A stretch of DNA of 64,000 nucleotides from Leptogorgia sarmentosa (Eukaryota). Each line of letters opens with the position of its first letter. The stretch's first letter is position 1. The stretch lies in the NCBI GenBank assembly GCA_964658305.1, contig OZ210884.1, positions 1,116,001 through 1,180,000 of the forward strand, in the 5' to 3' direction. Shown here in pieces: positions 42,401 through 54,400 of the stretch. Below the pieces are notes generated by a model, which was not told the DNA's origin, did no database searches, and saw only the letters and a program-made list of their open reading frames with translations. The position numbers were made by a program, and so were the translations under genes.

Positions 42401-45400
42401 TACACTCAACATACAACCAAACACTCGAACACTTGTTTATGCTTTTGTCCTACATAATTATATACTTACTTTTTACACTCGTATCAGTCCCTATTAATGA
42501 CACATGTCACCACATTAAATTGTCTATTACTTGTCTTTTTTTTAAGTTTCCGTCCCCTAAGTGCCTACCGTTGAAACTCATCAGAGAGAGTCTTAGTAAA
42601 ACAAAACAGGAAGGGTAAGTTAATCGTATTATCTAATTCATATAGATAAATGCTTCACCTCATTTTATTGGAGATTAAACCGAAATTTTGTAATGATTCC
42701 AAAATTTCCACTTTTCCACTTTTTAAAAAACAATAGCATTTAGTATAATCTTAGTAGTAAATAATGCTTTTCAAGGATTTTGATTGGTTGCCTGACTAGC
42801 AAATATGAGGCATTATTATTTATTTACAATAATTCAAGAGTTTTGATTGGTTAAGAGCAGTGAGTGAATTATCAATTATTGGACGAGGTCGAGCAAAATA
42901 TCGCGATTTGTCGGGGGCGAGCAGATCAATTATTTGCCGATGCCGAAGGCAGAGGCAAATACTTGATCTGCGAGCCACCGACAAAATCGCGATATTTTGC
43001 TCGACCTCGTCCAATAATTGTTTTATTATTCACTTACAAAGCATACTTACAAGGTGGACGTATACAACGAGCTTTACATACAAATTTTATTTCATAAAAA
43101 AATACTGGTTTACACAAAAAACCGACTGTGATTATAAACTATATGATATAAATATCAAATAAACGTATATTAACCAGTTCATATAAGGCTTACCGCGAGC
43201 AAAATATTTTAATCATGCTCGTATAACAAGCTGAAACTACATATTGAAATTAAACGTGCAGTTGTTATAATTATTAATCACATTTTGTTGAGTGTTCGAC
43301 TGCTGTAAGTTGAACTCGTTTAGCAAAAGTTCCTCCTGAGAATCGGTCAGTAGGTTATCACAATTAATAGGCGACAATGGCAAACGGTTTGAAGTCGGCG
43401 TGACCAGTACCGAATCACTCTGTGGTTTTGTATCATCACTAAGTGTCGAGGATAAGACTTCGGACATTTTTCTCTTCTTGGACAAGCTTGTTTTCGAAGC
43501 ATAACTTCGTATGCTATTTTCACTTCTATGACCCGATACTGCCATAATGTGTCTCGCTTCGTAACCACACTCGTCTAGTATGGAAATGGTCGTTGCTCTG
43601 ATGGAGTGGTTTGTGTACAGGTATGAAAGTTGTGCTGAACGAGATAAATTTTTCATCTTATCACCCAGCGTACGCTGGCCAACTACCATATTATCATACC
43701 AAACGTTGTCGCTTTCTTTCACAGCTCTCTTTGGTCGCTGAAACAAGTATTCATTCTGTGGATTGAGATGGGAAATGTACTTTTCAAACGACAATACAGG
43801 GCATACAGAATTTCTTGTCTCAAACATGGTTTGCGTTTCTTGGGCTTCGTCTGTCTCCCGGCGATTCTTTGTCAGTTCGTCCTTGATCTTTTCAACATAT
43901 TTAACACCTGACGCGTCAATGCCCTGAGATTTTGGCGCCCTCTCCTGCAGAAATGTAACATAATGTCGAAGAAAACTCTGTTTTGCAACGTGTCTGGTTG
44001 GTTTTGGCTGAACAACCCACTTTCATAAAGTTTCTTCATGTCGTCGTTGTTGATAGGTGGTTTGTGCTCAGTTTTAGCTTTGCCTTCTCGTTTTAGGTGT
44101 GCAATCTCAGCGTAAAACACACTGTTGGCTTCTTTAAACTCGGGATCTTTAATAATGTCCATTGAGGAACTATAGAAGCGTTGCAAACCAAAGCGAATTC
44201 CAAGTAGTGAGGATTTACAGTAAAGTTCGCCATCTCTCTTTCTCGCTTCCGCATAAAATTTTCGAAGAACATTTGCAAAAATTTGTTTTGACCTGATTAC
44301 ATCGTCTTCGCTGATTTTTCTTTCTTTTATATAATGCCGGAAGACACTGACGGCCGTTTTGGTGGCTTTTTTTGTATTTTCGGAATCTTTTCCCTCTAGT
44401 AAACAAGACAGCTCGTCTTCTGATAGTTCAGGAAAACGAGCCGCCATTGTTTACAAAAAAGTGACGCAATGCGCATGCTCAGACTATTATTTGCAGGTGA
44501 GCAACCTTTTTAACAAATGCGCATGCTCAGACTATTATTTGCACGCAGTTATTTGCAGGTAAATTGACCAATCAAAATTGAGAATACTATAAAGTGAATA
44601 ATAATTCGTCATATCTGCTCAGTAAAACACATAATGACGTAAATATGTCGTATATTGAAAATTATTTGACATTATGACGTCGACTAATTTATGGTGCTTA
44701 TGTTAAAAGCGGCAAAATATACAAGTTCTTGTTTACAATGCAACGTTTACACTAAGTCGGATAAATATGATAAAACAATTATTAAATTCGGTTCTCGTAG
44801 GATATGCTGAATTATAAGGCCTCGGTTTGTGTTATTTGCCTCATCCTTCGGCTTCGGAAAATAACAAAAACCCCGGCCTTAATAATTCCTCATATCCTAC
44901 TCGACCTCATTCAACAATTGTTACATTCAAAATTTATTCTCGTTCCTGATTGGTCAGAAAGCAGCGGCTAATTCTCAGTATTCGGTATTTATTACGTATT
45001 GTCCGCCGATGACGTCATCAGCGTCCAAAAATTATTTGTTTGGATCGAACTTGCATCCAAAAAAAATATTATTGGACTCTCTCTGCCCAAGCCCTAGCGC
45101 TGTCAAAAGCTTGAGGCGCGAAAAAACAAACAAGCGCGCGAAAAAACAAACAAACAGACAATGGTCTACAGCAGATTTGCTTCGCTGAATGAAAGTGAAC
45201 TCTCTTTTTAAATGTATAATAAAACAATTATTGGATTCGGCTTTCGCGTGATATCAAGAATTATTCAGACCTCGGTCAATGTTATCCGCCTCAGCTTCGC
45301 TTCGGCAGATAACATTGACCTCGGTCTGAATAATTCTTTATATCATACTCATTTATCAGTAGCTTAATCACCTCGACTTTGATAAATAATAATCTCGCAA

Positions 45401-48400
45401 TTTATATTCTTTCTTTTAAAATTGGTCTTATAGGGAGAGTCGCTATTTACTTGTTTTGACTGAAAACTATGCAGCGTTGAGACTGTTGCAAGGTCAGCTC
45501 CGACAACACGATCCTATTGTCATTTTTGGTAGCAGTTTCCCCAAGGATCAACAGTATACACAGGTACGTTCCATTCATTACTTTTTTTTGTTTGTTTGAA
45601 CGTTAGTTCGTTTGTTTGTTTGTATGTTTGTTTCATGGATTTTATTTCGCATGGTAGGCGTGTGGAATCTCCCTGGTTCACGTGGAGAATCTCGAGATAA
45701 TCATCCCCTTTGCTTCCGGCAACACCATAGAGTGCTTGCGATGGTAATTACTGGTCACTGATATTTATACCGCGCGCGCTAACATCTATTATTTTTTCCA
45801 AATTCAGATCTGTCGGAACATCAATCGAATAAAAGTATGCATGGAAACAGGAAGGATGGTGATCTTGCTCAACTTGGAAAGTCTTTACGAAAGCTTATAC
45901 GATGCTTTGAATCAGGTGCGTCTTTATAACATTATATACCTGCATCTTAGTAATTCTACAGCTTTTGATAAACGAACAAGGTATCGTGGGCACAGTTATT
46001 AAGATCGATTTGTGCGTTCGTGCCGAGAAATATAAAAACGATGGCATAAATTAAAAGGCGTTCACGTTCATTAGCGAATGTGTTGGCTCTTGAAAAGTCG
46101 GGCTGGAGTTTTTTCAACCTTCAACAAGAATGCAAAGGATAGTGACACGAAAGTATGATTCGAGGGTTTGTGTGCACTTTCTACATATCAACGTAGATCG
46201 AAACCGCGATTAAATGTTTCGTTGCATAATTTAAAGTTGATTTCGCGAACATTGATTGTGTGGAAATACTTTAGTATTAACCACCACTGCACCTTTGTGA
46301 GCTGGTGGTTATGTTGTCATGTGCAGTTATGACTATATGGATCTATATCGTAGAACCTTTTGTTTAACAAGGATATTTATTTGTTTTTAGTACTACGTCT
46401 ACCTTGCTGATCAAAAATATGTTGACCTTGGTTTGGGAAACCACAGGGTGAAGTGTCGAGTTGCAGATCAGTTTAAGTAAGTAATTGCAAAACAAACAAA
46501 TGTTCTCAAACCTTTGCGAAAGACGGATCCAAAATCCGTAAAAACTGCATTTTGATCCAAGTGGAGTTGTTTGTTTTATTTCATTTTATAGAATTAAGGA
46601 ACGTTTAATTAGTGTATAATGCATTCAGAAATATTTTCCTATTATACTCCGTTTGAGAAATACAACAAGAACTTTGAAGACACTACAAGGGGAGGTCTTG
46701 CGACAGTCGAATGTCCTGCAGCGGGGGCTTCTGCAACGGAAGGTTCTGCAACGCCTGCGCTCGCGTCAGAAGGTATCGCAATGGATTTTTCTGCAACAGA
46801 ATGTCCTCCAATACATGCTCTCTCAACGGATGTCTCTGCAATAGATGTCCCTGCAAATCCTGCAATCGATTCTTTTGCAACAAATTCTTCTTCAATTATT
46901 GCTCTTTTCACAAAAGGTCCTGCAGTGGTGCTTCTTCATCCGATGCTTCCGCAACAAATGTTTTGCAATAGATTCTCCTGTGATTAATGCTCATGTAACA
47001 GGATGTCCTGGAAGGGAAGTGCCTGTAGCGGTTCACTCTGCAACGGAAGGTTGTGTAGCAAATGTTCTTGACATGGGGGTTCTGCAACCAATGCTTGTGA
47101 ACAGAAGTTCCTGCAATTAATGTCTCTGCAATAAATGCTCTTGCATCAAATGTTAGTGCAACGGGCGTGTCAGTATCGGATGCTTCTGCATAAGAAACGA
47201 TGCTCTCGTAAATGTCCTGCAGTTGATGCTTCTTCAACCAATGCTTGAGCGACAAACATCCTGTTGCGGATGCTTTTGCAACCGTTGCTATTGCAAAAAC
47301 GTTTCTTTGATGGTCGCGCCTCTGTTACAAATGCCCTTGTAAAAAAATATTCTGCAAAGGATGTTCCTTCAAATAATGCTCCTGGGATATAAGGTTATGC
47401 AACGAATGCTCTTGAACGCACACCCTCGCAACTAATATTCTTGCTTAACATAAATTCATGATAAGTCTTCCTATAACGAGAGTATCTGCGGTGGATACTT
47501 TTGCAAAGATCTTTTAACGGATTCTCTCGCAACAGAAAGTGATCCTTCAACAAAGCTTTTCGATCGAAATTAACTTCTGCAACATAAGTTCTTGCAACAG
47601 ATACTACTGCAACGAAAGCTCCTAAAAGACAAGGACCTACAATTCATTCTTCTGCGACAAATGTTCCTGAAACAGCGTTGTGCTGCAACGCAGGCTCTTG
47701 AGGCAATGCCCTTTACGTTATGTTCTGTAACGTATGTTTCCATTACATACTTCGGTAAAAGAAAGTCTTACAACAGGTGATATCGCAACAAATAGCTCTC
47801 CAGAGGATGCTCTTGCAACGAAAGCCCGGCAATACATGCTTCTTTAACCGATGCTTTGCAGCAGAACGTCCTGCAGTAAATGTTTCTGCCAGGGATGAAA
47901 CGGGAACGGAATATTCTGCAACGGATGCCTCTGACACTGATGCTCTTGCAATCGAAGATCCTGCAGCAGATGCTCTTTCAACGGATTCTGCTCCAAGGGA
48001 TGATTCTTCATCTGATACTTCTGCGACAGAAAGTTCTACCATGGATGCTTTTGCTACAGGTTGGCAGTAAAGAATGCTCTTGCATGCAGTGGATGCTCGG
48101 GCAAAGAAGGTCCTGCAATTGGTGCTTTTGCAATTCATGCAACCTTCAACAAAAATTATCCCCGTTACGCATGGCACTGCAACGCATGCTCCAGTATCAA
48201 AGCTCCTCCGGCAACATAAGGTCCAGCGATGGAGTTTGCTGAAATCAAATTCAAGTAGTCAATGCAGGGTCTAATTTTCTCAAATTCGAATGTTTTTGTT
48301 GTATTTCTTCATCTGGACCCGCCTTGATTCAGGATTTGTTTCGCTAACGTAAAGTTTGTATTGCTGTTGTAATCCAGTAGTTATTCGTTGACCTTCTAAC

Positions 48401-51400
48401 AATTCTTTTTCATCACGGGCTGCTATTTTTAACCTAACCTTTTATATCTGCATAATTCAATTATGTGTGCCTAATTCAATTCTTTAAAGGTTGATTGTAG
48501 TTGCTGAAAAAGATGATGTTTATGAACGTTTTCCAATTCCTCTCATCAATCGACTGGAAAAACATTTGCTTGTAATGTCGACTGGTTTAACTGAACAGCA
48601 AGTTAACTTGGTTGGAAGACTGGAGGAATGGGTAAAGCTCTTCTCGAAAGCAAAGTCTGAAGACAGGTACGTAGTAAGGATCCAATAAATATTTCCTTAA
48701 TCATTGATGGCTCCATATTCGTGTAGTTTACTAGTGTTTGATGTAGTTTAATATACGTGTACTGTGCTATAAAAGCCGTTCTGTGTTGCTACCGTTTTCG
48801 TGACTGTGTTTTGCAAACGGTCGTGCTTCTGGGCCGGCAACGGCCCCGCAGTTGCCGTTTCGTAAACCGCCAGAGTCACCAGTTACAATCAGTGTCACCA
48901 CTTTAAACATTCGTTACATCCACCTAACGCTTACCTTATAACAGACTAACTGTAGTCACTAAAACCATTTTAGGGCTCAGTATATTTATATATTTGTAGT
49001 GGCTCAGTATATTTATAGGCATTGCTGTTAATCAAGGACCCCAATTCTAGTCTTGGTGACGAATGGTTGGACCGAAAATAAGCATAAAAAATCCCCTCCA
49101 GAAAAAGGTCCAGAATATGGTTAATCGTACCTTTTCTTGACATTTTAGCTCGTTCAAGCCTGGTGATTGTTTTGTTGGTTACCATAGCGATACTGCTGCT
49201 GCGGTCATAATCGAAACTTCGAATGTCGAGAATCATTTGTCCGATGAGCAGGTAAGAATATGTTTTTTGAAAATAAAAATTTTACATTCAACGTTAATCT
49301 TGACTTTATGACACAATCTAGAATACGAACTCAATTAAATACTTACAAAACACTCCATTTTTTAATTAGAAATATTTGAGTTTTTATACGCGTTTCTCGA
49401 TTTACTTGTTTACAAAATGCACTCCTTCCGTACCTGTAATCCGTACCTGTAATCTTTAAAAATTTTCTTTGTGCTTAGGTTCTCTTGCAAGCAAAATCCA
49501 TGTTATTGCAGTGTGCATCACCCGATGCTATTGCTAGGTTACCAGCAACAAAACTAAAACACGACGCTGATGCGATTTGGATAGAGTATTTTAAAAAGCA
49601 GAAGCACGGGAGTTTGAAAGAATATCTGGTTCATTGCTTACGTGAAAATAGAGATACTGAAAACAATGGTTCCCTTGTACAAGTAAGTGTTAATACTAAA
49701 CTTGCATTCAATCACCTTAAACCTTAAGTTTTTTTGCCGTTCTTAATTTCTTTTGCTTACCTGCATTATCTGGTTTATAAAGTAAATCGGCTATCTAGTC
49801 CTATTTGGCTGTTATGAAACCAAATAGTATTCGATAATAGTAATATTTGTACGCCAAATTAAGTTTGCGATGAAAAACTAGCTATATTGACTTTTGCTGG
49901 GTATGGTATACGTTGAAATAGACAAGATCATAAAATTTATGGTAATAATCATATATTTTTCTATTCCTCCAGATTACAACGCATTCTCGACTGTTATCTC
50001 AAGCGAATTCGCGGGCCATAGCATCAGCGGCTGGTTTTAAAGGTGCACAGTCTCGCTGTATCAGCCTACAAGAATTTCACACGGAACAACAATTTATCAA
50101 GACTTTACAGTAAGTGCGGTTGTAAAATTTAATCTTTGCATAATATGGGTTGAATTGGTTATAAATTGGTTATGGTTATAAAACGTTAATAACTTCCTGT
50201 TGGTAAGTCATTTGAACGCGTTCATGAACTGTTTTAATGATCCCCTTTTGTTTTCAGTGGTTAGGGAGACGATATGCACATCAATGCAAAAAATTGCATT
50301 GATGTTGAAAATTCAGCGACTTTTCAATTTCCAATCTTGTTTTCCGAATAAACTTCCAATCTGTCTTTGATTGTGCTAAACATTTTAATACTGTATGAGT
50401 GGGCAAAATTACAAGCAAAATGCTTGGGGCATAAATCAAAAACGTAAATTCATGAAATGATGAATTTCTTCTGCTAAAGTTCTTTTTTTTGGCTGATAAT
50501 GGACAAGCAGTGACCCTGGTTAAACAAATGTATGATCAGGCTGAAAATTAATTTGAAATAAATTCGTCGAACACAGGGTGGTGATGATGCATTGCGCATT
50601 ATAATTATGCATTACATTAAACAGTATTAACAACTTTAACAATGATTTAACTGTGTATTTATACCGAATTTTGTCAATGTTAATTTAGAGATTTTTTCGC
50701 CTCACTCGGTGGTGCCGAAGGACTTCTGCTTGTTCAATGTGATAATGGTGAGACGAATTTCAACCTCATTGCCTGTTGTCGATACCTCGTTGATGACACC
50801 CGACACCGTACAGTGGAAAACTTGAAAAGTTTCGGAAAGGGAGCTATCGATCCTATTCACATTGTCTTCATCATCCAGTTACCAAAGATTTCCGGAGGAT
50901 GTCAGCATTTTGTAGGATTCCAAGGTGGAAAATGGGAGTCAGTTCATATCGACGAGCTTTTGGAATCGAATGAGCACCATCCACATATCGAACAGCTTGT
51001 GAATCGGTCAGTGAGCGATCTGTTCCGGCCAGCAATCCATTCGGTAAATGTTGATGAAAATCGGGATGCTAGATTGCCAAGTGGTAGCAGGGAAATCTAT
51101 CTGTATAACTCAGAGGTAAAAAAAATATAACAGGCGAATAATAAATGTTCTGCATGCACCTGGGTTGTGGTTTCCCTCAATTCCCTGCATTTTGATTGGT
51201 TGTTTTTGCTATAGCGGACAAAAATAAAATCGCTTAACTGCCCGTGTTGCTGAAGTTTTTTTCATAAATACACAAGCAAATGATCATTGAATACGAACAA
51301 ACTGTTTATAGTTAGTTAAATCACATTTCTCATTGATAGTTCATTTTCGTGTTCGTGTTTGTGGTCAATTTTGTAGTTACGTTCGTGCTCACGTGCATGT

Positions 51401-54400
51401 TCATGTTCACGTTCACGTTCACGTTCACGTTCACGTTCATGTTCATGTTTATTGGCGTAGAAAGATCGATAACAAGGGGGATCCACATTCTGGGATGTTC
51501 ATTGGAACATGTTTTAGATCATTAGGCCCGTTTCAGACGTCGAACTTCTCATGTGCCAAACTTAATTGTTTTAATGAAGCACATGATAAGTTCGACGTAT
51601 GAAACGAATTAGGTATTAGGTTCGACCTAAATGTTAAGCTCGACCTAAAAGTTAAGTTCCATGCACTGCTCTGGTCGGGCTTGGTCGAGCTTGGTGGAAC
51701 CTAATACTGAAACATTAAGTTCGGCACATGAAAAGTTCGACGTCTGAAACGGGCCTTACCGTTCAAAAGCTAAATTTTGGGACACTTTATAATAATATGG
51801 AAAAATTACGCCAATGGATGACAGGTGCGAGGGGCGTCATGTACTTATTCGCTCATAATTTCTTTATTCCAGGATGCTGATAGGGAAAAAATCAAGCCAA
51901 CGTTATTGCTGAAAAACTGTTTACAAGCGGCTGCAGCAAGAATTTATGATGAGTCAGCTGACGTCGACAGAGCGACGAAACGTATTGAAATATTGCTCGA
52001 ATGGTTGCCTGAAGATGTCTCACAAAACACAGGTTTTAATTTAAACCAGTTCTTGTTTTTTTAGTCTTAAAATAGTTACAATTTTAAGTATTATTCAACA
52101 TATTAGCTTAATTTGAACATGGTAAATTCGGTGTAGAAACAATTGCCGACTATTTGAGTGCTTAATCATTGGGCCTGGGGTAAATAATCGTTTTGGTATA
52201 AACATAGACACGTGATTATTAAGAAAAAAGTAGAAAAGAAACAGAAGAAATTAAACTATTTATTACTTTAAAATCACAACACACAGGTGATTATTGTTGA
52301 TTGGTCAAGCTACTTTGGACCTAATGGCCGCCTGGCTTGCCGGTGTCACGACGACAAAATAACAATTTTGAAGAAAACACTGTCTCAAAAAGTGACTTTA
52401 TATAATACATCATTAATATCCTGTAATAAGGCAACGAAATCAGAAATGCATACATGCATGCATGCTTGGGAGTATTTCAGCCAGCATTTTACCTCGAGCA
52501 AATATCAGAAAACGCTTGATCCAGTTTCAACATTGTTCTTGCCTTGCGATCATTGGCCATGCATGAAAATTATATAGGGTGGATATCCATGCAGAATTCA
52601 AGGTTGATGGGATAACAATTAACGGAGCTGTTTTTAATTAGTTCTCACCATTATTTGTTTTTAATATTTAGAGCTTTCCGAAATTTTTGCCACTCGTATT
52701 CACAAATTACTTCTGCAACGAGATGAAAGATGCCCTGAAGATCAGCGCCTGTGGTTGCAACACGAAGCCCTGCGTCAAGGACATCTTCAAGAAACTGGAA
52801 CTTTCAGAAAAGCGTTATGGCAGAAACTTTCTTCAATTGTTTCTCCAATGTTATCTGAAGTGATTGCTTACTGTGATCAAAATCAAAACCTGGATTTACT
52901 TTGTGAAGGAAAGGAATGGAAAACAAGATTATGGCTGACAATGATCAACGACGAAGTAATTACTCCGCTATCGTACGATTCTTTTATTTCCCCTGTATCC
53001 GGTCGACTGAGAGAACGAGCTCGTGTTTCTAGTACTGGACCTCGTTTCATCGCAAATTTTCCGTTTTCGTGGATTATTAAAGATTTAGTCAACGTTCTTT
53101 TGCTGCAGGTTGGAGGTGAGTGTCTGTTTTGAATTGGTATCCATTCAGCTACGACAATTAAAATTTCGATTTTTAGAGCCATTACCAGTCTATTTGTGAC
53201 AGCCTATGCTAATAGCAAAACTAAAAAAAACAGGGTGGCGGAAAACATTTGTTTTGCATGTTTTTCGGTGGAATTTCGCAAAAAAAGACATCTCAAAAAC
53301 CTAAATTCAAGAAAAGCACAAAAGTCCCGAGATTTTGCTGCATGATTAGCGAGGGGAACAGTGCTTAAAGTGGCGTCATGGTGTTTAAGCATATTGGTCG
53401 TCAACTGACTGCGATTCAGCGTCACTTAATACCAATGCTCGGCGACGATGTGATGATGTAATTTCAAAAGATTATAACATATGCGAATAGAATCCACTAA
53501 AATCTCGCCAATTTACGACGGTTATAGAACTCGGCAAAGTTGTTTTAATTTCCAATTCCCAAAGGTCTATTTTACGTCAAAAGCACATGATGATGGGACG
53601 AACGAAAAAAAGCTAGTGACCTGTGTTTTTACCATAGATTAAACCCACATATTCTCAACTTCCCAGAAGTGCCTTCGCATCTCGAAATTTGTTGTGCGTA
53701 CGTCCTGAAATAGAGTTTTTCCCTACAAAATGTCATGTATGACATTCGTTATTTAATTAACTAGCTAAAGTACAGTGCATTGCAAGCCTAGATTTTTGTT
53801 CAAGAACAAGACTTTTTTCAACATAAAAGCTTCCTTTTTAGCCCACGTTATTCATAAATACATGGTTTAATAAGAACTGCCTTCACATAGTTTAATTTAA
53901 AAACTTTTACCGTCTTTTTTACATAAAATAGTATGAACTCCTTATATTATTGCATGTTAAAATTCGGTTTCTTAATTATATGCGCTCGCTATTGCGTAAT
54001 CGCACGTGTCGCGTATTTCTGGCTATGCAATTTTGAAACTTTGGAAACACAAGTGAAATTAAACCTTAATCTTACGATTATATGTTGATCATATTGAAAA
54101 TAAGATTCATTCAAACATAAATCGCTAGGAATTGAATGTCGACTTCATGTTTTAGATTCAGCACTTCGAGCGACACTATATGTTGGGAATTGAAATAAGC
54201 GATTTTACAAATTATATTAACGACGGGTTTATTCAATAAATTTGCTTAAATAGTTACCAAATTTCTTGAAATTTATCAATTTCACACACGGCAAATACTG
54301 CGAGGAAGCCATTAATTGTCGGACGTGAAATGAACACAAAAATATTCTGAAAGTTAACCAATCAGGGCCAAGTAATTTTGCCCCCTGAGTTAGGAAAAAA

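Noticed and set aside
42820..43162. Overlapping ORFs on both strands
   Set aside because: They arise from the palindromic hairpin and show no protein features.
43237..44447. Bacterial integron or phage integrase contamination
   Set aside because: The sequence has Crypton/DUF3504-type motifs (TNHSIRAT, SGHRS) and sits in an intron between phase-compatible host exons; the integron comparison is architectural only.
46619..48274. Functional protein-coding gene
   Set aside because: Frequent stops and frameshifts and no consistent splice sites; host exons ending at 46476 and starting at 48490 join in phase without it.
51333..51602. HVHVHV ORF as a metal-binding peptide
   Set aside because: Translation of a GTTCAC microsatellite running into a MITE.
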